From Eledone cirrhosa (Eukaryota), in NCBI GenBank assembly GCA_964016885.1, contig OZ024741.1, forward strand, positions 13,764,001 to 13,828,000: DNA of 64,000 nt, given 5' to 3'. A program made the translations under genes and the position numbers. Of this stretch, positions 25,382 through 37,904 are shown piece after piece (the stretch's first letter is position 1; each line of letters begins with the position of its first letter). The notes beneath the pieces were generated by a model. That model worked only from the letters and a program-made list of their open reading frames with translations, was not told the origin of the DNA and made no database searches.

Positions 25382-26300
25382 ATTTCTTTATTTGCCACAA
25401 GGGCGCACAAGAAAAGGGGACAATACAAAGACATGCCGGGGATTTTACATACAGTCGTGTAAAAAATATAAAAACAAACAATTACAACAATCGAAATCCC
25501 CAATAGTGGGTAGGGGCCACAAATGGGTTGTTTAATACCCCGTCGATAGAACAATCCTCAACTCCAGGAGCGTGTTGTGCAAGTGCTCCTTTCTTCCTTT
25601 TGCTCCCTTCTTCAACCTACAGGCTTATAAACAGAGAAGGCCCAATCACTCGGGCCATTTTCGCTTCATTCACCCACCTTTCAGTAAATTTACTGGGGTG
25701 CAGTGCCTCTCTCTCCACCCTGATTCTCCTTCTAAAGTGATACTTAAAGAAGGGAATCAGTTGTTTTCCGGAGAGAAAGGCATCTGTCCTCAGTCCTCTC
25801 AACCTCGTCCACCATATAACTTCTTTCACCATAGCCACCGGACAGAGGAAAACCGCCTCTCTTTCGTTTTTGAAAGAGGCTGGCGGTTTGATCCTTACTA
25901 TGGACTCGGCAGTCAACTGGATTTGTCCCATACGCGAAAGCAGTTGTTCTGCATAGTTCCACAGATCGGATTCGCCTGGGCAGTGTACAATTGCGTGCAG
26001 GACTGTTTCAATGTCCTGCGCGCATCTTGGACACGTAGATCTTGTCACGAACCGGTAGAGCTCCTCGGTAGCACTGCTAGGCCAGGGACCTCTAGAAGTT
26101 GTCCATAGGTCCCGGGCGGAAAGTCCTACCAAACAGACTGGTGAGCTCATCGTCTTCGACCCCCAGAGTCTCTCCGAGCACGTCGTCGCCCTTGTAACGT
26201 ACAATCCCTCTATAGAATGTCGAAGTGGAGTCTCCACTGATTGCTGTGTCCGCTTGACAGAGGACTGGAAGGGTGCTGACACCAAACGGATCTCCTCACC
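25382..26300 (-). mobile_element. Tx1 copy H, 5'-truncated (~920 bp), divergent subfamily
   Basis: ORF 25617-26285 has CPRCAQDIETVLHAIVHC...GPSLFISL, homologous to the ORF2 C-terminus; internal deletion near 26265. Confidence 0.9.
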
Positions 26301-26360
26301 GATAGATAGATAGATAGATAAATAGATAGAGAGATAGATAGATAGATAGATAGATAGATA
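26301..26360. repeat. (GATA)n tract at the 5' flank of the last copy
   Basis: Read directly; it is not the 3' tail of any element. Confidence 0.97.
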
Positions 26361-26454
26361 AAGTGAGAGACAGACACAAATTAAAGATGGAAACTGTCAT
26401 TTTTCTCAAATCCAATCCAATAAAAACTGTAGAATTTAAACTGCCATGTTGAAT

Positions 26455-26800
26455 GAGAGTTGGTGGTAGTGTGGAGGTGTGGTAGTGTGGTTGTAGTGTT
26501 GTGGTGGTGGTGGTGGTGTGGTTGGGTGTGGAGGTTGTGGTGGTGTGGTGATGGTGGTGGTGTGGTGGTGGTGGTGGTGGTGGTGGTGGTGTGGTGGTCG
26601 TTATGGTAGTGTGGTGGAGGTGATAGGGTGGTGGTGGTTATGTAGTGTGGTGGAGGTGATGGTGGTGGTTATGTAGTGTGGTGGTGGTTTTGGTAGTGTG
26701 GTGGAGGTGATGGTGGTGGTGGTGGTTATTGTAGTGAGGTGGTGGTGGTGGTGGTGGTGCTGTGGTGGAGGTGATGGTGGTGGTGATGGTGGTGTGGTGG
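26455..26800. repeat. (GGT)n-type degenerate microsatellite
   Basis: gtggtggtg runs. Confidence 0.9.
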
Positions 26801-27051
26801 TCTCTGGGAAGGGCTGTTTGTATGTGTGTTTGTAAATATGTATCTGTATGTGCGCGTGTGTTTGTGGGGGGATGTGTGTGTGTGCAGATACATGCGTATG
26901 TGTATGCATGTGTGTATATGCAAGTGTGGTTTGTCAGTGTGGGCGTGTCTGTATGTGGGAACTCGAATATTAGTGTGTATGTATAAATGTATGTATGCAT
27001 GCATGTGTGTAATATATATATATATATATATGCATATATATAAGTATATAT

Positions 27052-27108
<57 letters not shown>

Positions 27109-27221
27109 TATATATAGGTATATATATATATATATATATATATAACGAAGGAAATGTGGTAAGTAACCAGGTGGACCATAACGCACCTTAGTACTCAATA
27201 CTTGAGGTAGTAGAGTGGGTA

Positions 27222-27333
27222 ATAGGAACCAGTAAGACCCCGACAGCTGAGCTCAAGCCGTTTCGACGGCTAATTCTTCCAGAATTAGCCGTCGAAACGG
27301 CTTGAGCTCAGCCGTCGGGGTCTTACTTGTTCC

Positions 27334-27336
<3 letters not shown>
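27222..27336. repeat. long palindrome, ~56-bp arms, 3-nt loop (MITE/foldback-like)
   Basis: ataggaaccagtaagaccccgacagctgagctcaagccgtttcgacggctaattct-tcc-reverse complement, 2 mismatches. Confidence 0.92.
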
Positions 27337-27364
<28 letters not shown>

Positions 27365-27477
27365 GTGTGTGTGTGTGTGTGTATATAAGGTGAAAGTGTT
27401 AGAGAAGTAATTAGTGTTGCAGTGATTTCATTGCTGTGGTTACACAAAAGACAGTTGAAGCCATGTAGTGTCCTTGA

Positions 27478-30400
27478 GGTGTGATGGTGGTGTGGCAGTG
27501 GTGGAGGTAGTGTGATGGTGGTGTGGCAGTGGTGGAGGTAGTGTGATGGTGGTGGAGATAGTGTGATGGTGGTGTGGCAGTGGTGGAGGTAGTGTGATGG
27601 TGGTGTGGCAGTGGTAGAGGTAGTGTGATGGTGGTGTGGCAGTGGTGGAGGTAGTGTGATGGTGGTGTGGCAGTGGTGGAGGTAGTGTGATGGTGGTGGA
27701 GGTAGTGTGATGGTGGTGTGGCAGTGGTAGAGGTAGTGTGATGGTGGTGTGGCAGTGGTGGAGGTAGTGTGATGGTGGTGGAGGTAGTGTGATGGTGGTG
27801 TGGCAGTGGTGGAGGTAGTGTGATGGTGGTGTGGCAGTGGTGGAGGTAGTGTGATGGTGGTGTGGCAGTGGTGGAGGTAGTGTGATGGTGGTGTGGCAGT
27901 GGTGGAGGTAGTGTGATGGTGGTGTGGCAGTGGTGGAGGTAGTGTGATAGTGGTGTGGCAGTGGTGGAGGTAGTGTGATGGTGGTGGAGGTAGTGTGATG
28001 GTGGTGTGGCAGTGGTGGAGGTAGTGTGATGGTGGTGTGGCAGTGGTGGAGGTAGTGTGATGGTGGTGTGGCAGTGGTGGAGGTAGTGTGATGGTGGTGT
28101 GGCAGTGGTGGAGGTAGTGTGATGGTGGTGTGGCAGTGGTGGAGGTAGTGTGATGGTGGTGTGGCAGTGGTGGAGGTAGTGTGATGGTGGTGTGGCAGTG
28201 GTGGAGGTAGTGTGATGGTGGTGTGGCAGTGGTGGAGGTAGTGTGATGGTGGTGTTGACAGTGTTGGAGGTAGTGTGATGGTGGTGGAGGTAGTGTCATT
28301 GAGGTGTGGCAGTGGTGGAGGTAGTGTGATGGTAGGGTTGACAGTGGTGGAGGTAGTGTCATTGAGGTGTGGCAGTGGTGGAGGTAGTGTAATGGTGGTG
28401 TTGACAGTGTTGGAGGTAGTGTGATGGTGGTGTTGACAGTGGTGGAGGTAGTGTCATTGAGGTGTGGCAGTGGTGGAGGTAGTGTGATGGTAGTGTTGAC
28501 AGTGGTGGAGGTAGTGTCATTGAGGTGTGGCAGTGGTGGAGGTAGTGTAATGGTGGTGTTGACAGTGTTGGAGGTAGTGTGATGGTGGTGTTGACAGTGG
28601 TGGAGGTAGTGTCATTGAGGTGTGGCAGTGGTGGAGGTAGTGTGATGGTAGTGTTGACAGTGGTGGAGGTAGTGTCATTGAGGTGTGGCAGTGGTGGAGG
28701 TAGTGTAATGGTGGTGTTGACAGTGTTGGAGGTAGTGTGATGGTGGTGTTGACAGTGGTGGAGGTAGTGTCATTGAGGTGTGGCAGTGGTGGAGGTAGTG
28801 TTGACAGTGGTGGAGGTAGTGTCATTGAGGTGTGGCAGTGGTGGAGGTAGTGTAATGGTGGTGTTGACAGTGTTGGAGGTAGTGTGATGGTGGTGTTGAC
28901 AGTGGTGGAGGTAGTGTCATTGAGGTGTGGCAGTGGTGGAGGTAGTGTGATGGTGGTGTTGACAGTGGTGGAGGTAGTGTCATTGAGGTGTGGCAGTGGT
29001 GGAGGTAGTGTAATGGTGGTGTTGACAGTGTTGGAGGTAGTGTGATGGTGGTGTTGACAGTGGTGGAGGTAGTGTCATTGAGGTGTGGCAGTGGTGGAGG
29101 TAGTGTGATGGTGGTGTTGACAGTGGTGGAGGTAGTGTCATTGAGATGTGGCACTGGTGGAGGTAGTGTCATTGAGGTGTGGTAGTGGTGGAGGTAGTGT
29201 GATGGTGGTGTTGACAGTGGTGGAGGTAGTGTCATTGAGGTGTGCTGGTGGTGTTGACAGTGGTGGAGGTAGTGTCATTGAGGTGTGGTAGTGGTGGAGG
29301 TAGTGTCAGTGAGGTGTGGCAGTGGTGGAGGTAGTGTCATTGGCGTGTGGTAGTGGTGGAGGTAGTGTCATTGAGGTGTGGGAATGGTGGAGGTAGTATC
29401 ATTGAGGTGTGGTAGTGGTGGAGGTAGTGTCATTGAGGTGTGGGAATGGTGGAGGTAGTGTCAATGAGGTGTGGCAGTAGTGGAGGTAGTGTCATTGAGG
29501 TGTGGTAGTGGTGGAGGTAGTGTCATTGAGGTGTGGTAGTGGTGGAGGTAGTGTGATGGTGGTGTTGACAGTGGTGGAGGTAGTGTCATTGAGGTGTGGT
29601 AGTGGTTGAGGTAGTGTCATTGAGGTGTGGTAGTGGTGCAGGTAGTGTCATTGAGGTGTGGTAGTGGTGGAGGTAGTGTCATTGAGGTGTGGCAGTGGTG
29701 GCGGTAGTATCATTGAGTTGTGATAGTGGTGGAGGTAGTGTCATTGAGGTGTGGCAGTGGTGCAGGTAGTGTCTTTGAGTTGTGGTAGTGGTGGTGTTAT
29801 TGTCATTGAGGTGTGGCAGTGGTGGTGGTAGTGCCATTGAGGGGTGACAGTGGGCGAGGTAGTGTCATTGAGGTGTGGCAGTGGTAGAGGTACTGTCATT
29901 GGGGTGTGGCAGTGGTGCAGGTAGTGTCATTAAGATGTGGCAGTGGTGGAGGTAGTGTCATTGAGGTGTGGTATTGGTGGAGGTAGTGCCATTGAGGGGT
30001 GACAGTGGGCGAGGTAGTGTCAGTGAGGTATGGCAGTGGTGCAGGTAGTGTCATTGAGGTGCGGCAGTGGTGGAGGTACTGTCATTGGGGTGTGGCAGTG
30101 GTGCAGGTAGTGTCATTAAGATGTGGCAGTGGTGGAGGTAGTGTCATTGAGGTGTGGTATTGGTGGAGGTAGTGTCATTGAGGTGTGGCAGTGGTGGTGG
30201 TAGTGTCATTGAATTGTGGCAGTGGTGGAGGTAGTGTCATTGAGGTGTAGCAGTGGTGGAGGTAGTGTTCTTGAGATGTGACAGTGGTGGAGGTAGTGTC
30301 ATTGACGTGTGGTGTGGTAGTGGTGGAGGTACTGTCATTGAGGTGTGACAGTGGTGGAGGTAGTGTCATTGAGGTGTGGCAGTGGTGGAGGTAGTGTCAT

Positions 30401-33400
30401 TGGCGTGTGGTAGTGGTGGAGGTAGTGTCAGTGAGCTGTGGCAGTGGTGGAGGTAGTGTCATTGAGGTGTGGTAGTGGTGGAGGTAGTGTCATTGGCGTG
30501 TGGTAGTTGTGGAGGTAGTGTCAGTGAGGTGTGGCGGTGGTGGAGGTAGTGTCATCGAGGTGTGGCAGTGGTGGAGGTAGTGTCATTGAGGTGTGACAGT
30601 GGTGGAGGTAGTGTCATTGAATTGTGGCAGTGGTGGAGCTGGTGTGATGGTGGTGTGGCAGTGGTGGAGGTAGTGTCATTGAGGTGTGACAGTGGTGGAG
30701 GTAGTGTCATTGGCGTGTGGTAGTTGTGGAGGTAGTGTCAGTGAGGTGTGGCGGTGGTGGAGGTAGTGTCATCGAGGTGTGGCAGTGGTGGAGGTAGTGT
30801 CACTGAGGTGTGGCAGTGGTGGAGGTAGTGTCACTGAGGTGTGGCAGTGGTGGAGGTAGTGCATTGAGGTGTGGCAGTGGTGCAGGTAGTGTCATTGAAT
30901 TGTGGCAGTGGTGGAGGTAGTGTCATTGAGGTGTGGCAGTGGTGCAGGTAGTGTCATTGAGGTGTGGTAGTGGGGGTGGTAGTGTCATTGAGGTGTGACA
31001 GTGGTGGAGGTAGTGTCATTGAATTGTGGCAGTGGTGAAGCTGGCGTGATGATGGTGTGGCAGTGGTGGAGGTAGTTTCATTGTGGTGTGGTAGTGGTGG
31101 AGGTAGTGTCATTGTGGTGTGGTAGTGGTGGAGGTAGTGTTCTTGAGATGTGACAGTGGTGGATGTAGTGTCATTGAGGTGTGACAGTGGTGGTGGTAGT
31201 GTCATTGAGGTGTGACAGTGGTGGAGGTAGTGTCATTGTTGTGTGGTAGTGGTGGAGGTAGTGTCATTGAGGTGTGGCAGTGGTGGAGGTAGTGTCATTG
31301 AGGTGTGGCAGTGGTGGAGGTAGTGTCATTGAAGTGTGGTAGTTGTGGTGGTTCTGTCATTGAGGTGTAACAGTGGTGGAGGTAGTGTCTTTGAATTGTG
31401 ACAGTGGTGGAGCTGGTGTCATTGGGGTGTGGCAGTGGTGGAGGTAGTTTCATTGGGGTGTGGCAGTGGTGGAGGTAGTGTCATTGAGGTGTGGCAGTGG
31501 TGGAGGTAGTGTCATTGAGGTGAAGCAGTGGTGGAGGTAGTGTCATTGAGGTGTGGCAGTGGTGGAGGTAGTGTCGTTGAGGTGTGGCAGTGGTGGAGGT
31601 AGTGTCATTGATGTGTGACAGTGGTGGAGGTAGTGTCATTGACGTGTGGTAGTGGTGGAGGTAGTGTCATTGAGGTGTGGCAGTGGTGGAGGTAGTGTGA
31701 TGGTGGTGTTGACAGTGGTGGAGGTAGTGTCATTGAGGTGTGGCAGTGGTGGAGGTAGTGTGATGGTCGTGTTGACAGTGGTGGAGGTAGTGTCATTGAG
31801 GTGTGGCAGTGGTGGAGGTAGTATCATTGAGGTGTGGTAGTGGTGGAGGTAGTGTGATGGTGGTGCAGGTAGTGTCATTGAGGTGTGACAGTGGTGGAGG
31901 TAGTGTGATGGTGGTGTGGCAGTGGTGGAGGTAGTGTGATGGAGGTGTTGACAGTGGTGGAGGTAGTGTGATGGTGGTGGTGACAGTGGTGGAGGTAGTG
32001 TCATTGAGGTGTGGGAGTGGTGGAGGTAGTGTCATTGAGGTATGGGAGTGGTGGAGGTAGTGTCATTGAGATGTGGCAGTGGTGGAGGTAGTGCTGGAGG
32101 TAGTGTGATGGTGGTGTTGACAGTGGTGGAGTTAGTGTCATTGAGGTGTGGCAGTGGTGGACGTAGTGTGATGGTGGTGTTGACAGTGGTGGAGGTAGTG
32201 TCATTGAGGTGTGGCAGTGGTGGAGGTAGTGTGATGGTGGTGTTGACAGTGGTGGAGGTAGTGTGATGGTGGTGTTGACAGTGGTGGAGGTAGTGTCATT
32301 GAGATGTGGCAGTGGTGGAGGTAGTGTGATGGTGGTGTTGACAGTGGTGGAGGTAGTGTCATTGAGGTGTGGCAGTGGTGGACGTAGTGTGATGGTAGTG
32401 TTGACAGTGGTGGAGGTAGTGTCATTGAGGTGTGGCAGTGGTGGAGGTAGTGTAATGGTGGTGTTGACAGTGGTGGAGGTAGTGTGATGGTGGTGTTGAC
32501 AGTGGTGGAGGTAGTGTGATGGTGGTGTTGACGGTGGTGGAGGTAGTGTCATTGAGATGTGGCAATGGTGGAGGTAGTGTGATGGTGGTGTTGACAGTGG
32601 TGGAGGTAGTGTCATTGAGGTGTGGCAGTGGTGGAGGTAGTGTGATGGTGGTGTTGACAGTGGTGGAGGTAGTGTCATTGAGGTGTGGCAGTGGTTGAGG
32701 TAGTGTCATTGAGGTGTGGCAGTGGTGCAGGTAGTGTCTTTGAGTTGTGGTAGTGGTGGTGTTAGTGTCATTAAGGTGTGGCAGTGGTGGAGGTAGTGTC
32801 ATTGAGATGTGGCAGTGGTGGAGGTAGTGTGATGGTGGTGTTGACAGTGGTGGAGGTAGTGTCATTGAGGTGTGGAAGTGGTGGACGTAGTGTGATGGTA
32901 GTGTTGACAGTGGTGGAGGTAGTGTCATTGAGGTGTGGCAGTGGTGGAGGTAGTGTAATGGTGGTGTTGACAGTGGTGGAGGTAGTGTGATGGTGGTGTT
33001 GACAGTGGTGGAGGTAGTGTGATGGTGGTGTTGACAGTGGTGGAGGTAGTGTCATTGAGATGTGGCAGTGGTGGAGGTAGTGTGATGGTGGTGTTGACAG
33101 TGGTGGAGGTAGTGTCATTGAGGTGTGGCAGTGGTGGAGGTAGTGTGATGGTGGTGTTGACAGTGGTGGAGGTAGTGTCATTGAGGTGTGGCAGTGGTTG
33201 AGGTAGTGTCATTGAGGTGTGGCAGTGGTGCAGGTAGTGTCTTTGAGTTGTGGTAGTGGTGGTGTTAGTGTCATTAAGGTGTGGCAGTGGTGGAGGTAGT
33301 GTCATTGAGATGTGGCAGTGGTGGAGGTAGTGTGATGGTGGTGTTGACAGTGGTGGAGGTAGTGTCATTGAGGTGTGGAAGTGGTGGACGTAGTGTGATG

Positions 33401-36400
33401 GTAGTGTTGACAGTGGTGGAGGTAGTGTCATTGAGGTGTGGCAGTGGTGGAGGTAGTGTAATGGTGGTGTTGACAGTGGTGGAGGTAGTGTGATGGTGGT
33501 GTTGACAGTGGTGGAGGTAGTGTGATGGTGGTGTTGACAGTGGTGGAGGTAGTGTCATTGAGATGTGGCAGTGGTGGAGGTAGTGTGATGGTGGTGTTGA
33601 CAGTGGTGGAGGTAGTGTCATTGAGGTGTGGCAGTAGTGGAGGTAGTGTGATGGTGGTGTTGACAGTGGTGGAGGTAGTGTCATTGAGGTGTGGCAGTGG
33701 TTGAGGTAGTGTCATTGAAGTGTGGCAGTGGTGCAGGTAGTGTCTTTGAGTTGTGGTAGTGGTGGTGTTAGTGTCATTAAGGTGTGGCAGTGGTGGAGGT
33801 ACTGTCATTGGGGTGTGGCAGTGGTTGAGGTAGTGTCATTGACGTGTGGTAGTGGTGGAGGTAGTGTCAGTGAGGTGTGGCAGTGGTGGAGGTAGTGTCA
33901 TTGAATTGTGGTAGTGGTGGAGGTAGTGTCATTGAGATGTGGCAGTGGTGGAGGTAGTGTCGTTGAGGTGCGGCAGTGGTGGAGGTACTGTCATTGGGGT
34001 GTGGCAGTGGTTGAGGTAGTGTCATTGACGTGTGGTAGTGGTGGAGGTAGTGTCAGTGAGGTGTGGCAGTGGTGGAGGTAGTGTCATTGAATTGTGGTAG
34101 TGGTGGAGGTAGTGTCATTGAGATGTGGCAGTGGTGGAGGTAGTGTCGTTGAGGTGTGGCAGTGGTTGAGGTAGTGTTCTTGAGATGTGACAGTGGTGGA
34201 CGTAGTGTCATTGACGTGTGGTAGTGGTGGAGGTAGTGTCATTGAGGTGTGGCAGTGGTGGAGGTAGTGTCCTTGAGATGTGGCAGTGGTGGAGGTAGTG
34301 TAATGGAGGTGTGGCAGTGGTGCAGGTAGTGTCATTGAGGTGTAGTAGTGGGGGTGGTAGTGTCATTGAGGTGTGACAGTGGTGGAGTTAGTGTCATTGA
34401 ATTGTGGCAGTGGTGAAGCTGGTGTCATGGTGGTGTGGGAGTGGTGGATATAGTGTTATTGAGGTGTGAAAGTGGTGGAGGTAGTGTTATTGAGGTGTGA
34501 CAGTGGTGGAGTTAGTGTCATTGAATTGTGGGAGTGGTGAAGCTGGTGTCATGGTGGTGTGGGAGTGGTGGATATAGTGTTATTGAGGTGTGGCAGTGGT
34601 GGAGGTAGTGTTATTGAGGTGTGACAGTGGTGGAGGTAGTGTCATTGAGGTGTGGTAGTGGTGGAGGTAGTGTCATTGAGGTGTGGTAGTGGTGGAGGTA
34701 GTGTCATTGTGTTGTGGTAGTGGTGGTATTATTGTCAGTGAGGTGTGGTAGTGGTGGTGGTAGTGTCATTGAGGGGTGACAGTGGTGGAGGTATGTCATT
34801 GGGGTGTGGAAGTGGTGGAGGTAGTGTCATTGAGGTGTGGCAGTGGTGGTGGTAGCGTGATGGGTGTGTTGACAGTGGTGAAGGTAGTGTCATTGAGGTG
34901 TGGCAGTGGTGGAGGTAGTGTCGTTGAGGTGTGGCAGTGGTGGAGGTAGTGTCGTTGAGGTGTGGCAGTGGTGGAGGTAGTGTCGTTGAGGTGTGGCAGT
35001 GGTGGAGGTAGTGTCATTGAGCTGTGGAAGTGGTGGAGGTAGTGTGATTGTGGTGTTGACAGTGGTGGAGGTAGTGTCATTGAGGTGTGGTAGTGGTGGA
35101 GGTAGTGTCATTGAGGTGTGGTAGTGGTAGTGGCGGAGGTAGTGTCATTGAGGTGTGACAGTGGTGGAGGTAGTGTCATTGAGGTGTGGCAGTGGTGGAG
35201 GTAGTGTCATTGTGGTGTGGTAGTGGTAGTGGTGGAGGTAGTGTAATTGAGGTGTGACAGTGGTGGAGGTAGTGTCATTGAGGTGTGGTAGTGGTGGAGG
35301 TAGTGTGATTGTGGTGTTGACAGTTGTGGAGGTAGTGTCATTGAGGTGTGGCAGTGGTGGTGGTAGTGTGATGGGGTGTTGACAGTGGTGGAGGTAGTGT
35401 CATTGAGGTGTGGCAGTGGTGGAGGTAGTGTCATTGAGGTGTGGCAGTGGTGGAGGTAGTGTCATTGAGGTGTGGCAGTGGTGGAGGTAGTGTCATTGAG
35501 GTGTGGCAGTGGGGGAGTTATTGTCATTGTGGTGTGGTAGTGGTAGTGGTCGAGGTAGTGTCATTGAGGTGTGGCAGTGGTGGAGGCAGTGTCATTGAGG
35601 TGTGGCAGTGGTGGAGGTACTGTCATTGAGGTGTGGCAGTGGGGGAGTTATTGTCATTGTGGTGTGGTAGTGGTAGTGGTCGAGGTAGTGTCATTGAGGT
35701 GTGGCAGTAATGGAGGTAGTGTCATTGAGGTGTGGCAGTGGTGGAGGTAGTGTCATTGAGGTGTGGCAGTGGGGGAGTTATTGTCATTGAGGTGTGGTAG
35801 TGGTCGAGGTAGTGTCATTAAGGTGTGGCAGTGGTAGAGGTAGTTTCATCGAGGTGTGGCAGTGGTGGAAGTAGTGTCATTGAGGAGTGGTAGTGGTGGA
35901 GGTAGTGTCATTGAGGTGTGGCAGTGGTGGAGGTAGTGTCATTGTGGTGTGGTAGTGGTGGAGGTAGTGTCATTGAGGTATGGCAGTGTGGAGGTAGTGT
36001 CATTGAGGTGTGGCAGTGGTGGAGGTAGTGTCATTGAGGTGTGACAGTGGTGGAGGTAGTGTCATTGAGGTGTGGCAGTGGTGGGGGTAGTGTCATTGAG
36101 GTGTGGCAGTGGTGGATGTAGTGTCATTGTGGTGTGGTAGTGGTGGAGGTAGTGTCATTGTGGCGTGGTAGTGGTAGTGGTGGAGGTAGTGTCATTGAGG
36201 TGTGGCAGTGGTGGAGGTAGTGTCATTGAGGAGTGGTAGTGGTGGAGGTAGTGTCATTGAGGTGTGGCAGTGGTGGAGGTAGTGTCATTGAGGAGTGGTA
36301 GTGGTGGAGGTAGTGTCATTGAGGTGTGGCAGTGGTGGAGGTAGTGTCGTTGAGGTGTGGCAGTGGTGGAGGTAGTGTCGTTGAGGTGTGGTAGTGGTGG

Positions 36401-36680
36401 AGGTAGTGTCATTGAGGGGTCGTAGTGGTGGAGGTAGTGTCATTGAGGTGTGGTAGTGGTGGAGGTAGTGTCATTGATGTGTGGTAGTGGCTGAGGTAGT
36501 GTGATGCTGGTGTTGACAGAGGTACAGGTAGTGTCATTGAGTTGTGGCAGTGGTGGTGGTAGTGTGATGGTGGTATTGATAGTGGTAGAGGTAGTGTCAT
36601 TGAGGTGTGGTAGTGGTGGAGGTAGTGTGATGGTGGTGGTGGTTGTTTATGGTGGTGGTGGTGTTGTGGTGGTGGTGTGG
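27478..36680. repeat. G-rich 31/32-bp tandem satellite (~9.2 kb)
   Basis: Monomers GTGGTGGAGGTAGTGTCATTGAGGTGTGGCA, GTGGTGGAGGTAGTGTGATGGTGGTGTGGCA and ...GTGTTGACA; 503-bp higher-order period at ~32300-33800. Confidence 0.97.
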
Positions 36681-36759
36681 ATGAAAGACGCAACAAATGG
36701 TACAGTAACATGAAAATGAAGCCAAACTAACGGTACTTTTGATGACAGGACAGAAGATG

Positions 36760-37081
36760 TTGTGAGTGGTGTTGTTGTCTTCATCTGTCTCCTGATTGTT
36801 GTTGTGGCTGTTGTCATTGTTGTTATTATTGTTGTTGTTGATGTTGTTGTCATTGTTGTTGTTGTTGTGGCTGTTGTCATTGTTGTTGTTGTGGCTGTTG
36901 TCGTTGTTGTTGTTGTTGTTGTTGTCATTGTCGTTGTTGTTGTTGTTGTCATTGTTGTTGTTGTTGTGGCTGTCATTGTTGTTGTTGTTGTGGCTGTTGT
37001 CATTGTCGCCGTTGTTGTTGTTGTTGTTGTCATTGTTGTTGTTGTTGTGGCTGTTGTCGTTGTTGTTTTTGTTGTTGTTGT

Positions 37082-37113
<32 letters not shown>

Positions 37114-37420
37114 CCATTGTTGTTGTTGTTGTGGCTGTTGTCGTTGTTGTTGTTGTGGCTGTTGTCATTGTTGTTGTTGTTGTGGCTGTTGTCGTTGTTG
37201 TTGTTGTGGCTGTTGTCATTGTTGTTGTGGCTGTTGTTGTTGTTGTGGCTGTTATTATTGTTGTTGTTGTGACTGTTGTTATTGTTGTTGTTGTGGCTGT
37301 TGTCGTTGTTATTGTTGTTGTTGTTACCATTGTTGTTGTTATTGTGGCTGTTGTTACCATTGTTGTTATTGTGGCTGTTGTAAATGTTGTTGTTGATGTT
37401 GTTGTTGTTACTGAGGTTGA
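36760..37420. repeat. (GTT)n-derived triplet minisatellite with GTGGCT/GTC/ATT interruptions
   Basis: Read directly. Confidence 0.95.
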
Positions 37421-37904
37421 TTAACTTGTTGTTCAGGTAGGACATTATGGCTTAACACTCCACATTTCTAATCTATTGCTCGTATCTTAACAACAACAAT
37501 AACAACACTAATCTACTTAACCGAGTAATACCAGAGAACCTCCAACACAACCATCACACACCGCTGACACACTCACGTGTAGATACAAATATGATGATGA
37601 TACACAAACACACACATACTTATAGGCTCACACACACACACCGGCATGCACCAACACAAACACACACACACGTAAATACATACAGCAACAAGAGCAGAAA
37701 ATATCAGCTACACACACACGCACACACACATATACATACACACACAACACACATTGCACAACAGCAGGAATCTGAACAATAACAATTGCAAAAACATCAA
37801 ACACAACTAACACTCACAACATACACCACACACATCACACCACACACTCAGCAGTAACAACAACAACCTTAATTCTTACCAGAAACAACAAACCATTAAT
37901 ACCC

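Noticed and set aside
1-26360. Drosophila HeT-A/TART-like telomeric retrotransposon array
   Set aside because: In such arrays the 5' ends face the chromosome end; here they face 37 kb of ordinary sequence, and no telomeric repeats are present.
27270-27305. Hammerhead in the 27.2-kb palindrome
   Set aside because: CTGGAAGA...CGAAAC is imperfect, and stems II/III and the cleavage triplet are missing.
27478-36680. CRISPR array
   Set aside because: No unique spacers, no cas genes, eukaryotic context.
27253-36713. His/Pro/Thr-rich ORFs (mucin- or extensin-like)
   Set aside because: Translations of a 31/32-bp satellite whose period is not a multiple of 3; frames shift and stop constantly.
36597-37445. 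282-aa poly-Asn protein
   Set aside because: A triplet repeat stays open in several frames on both strands; there is no independent coding evidence.
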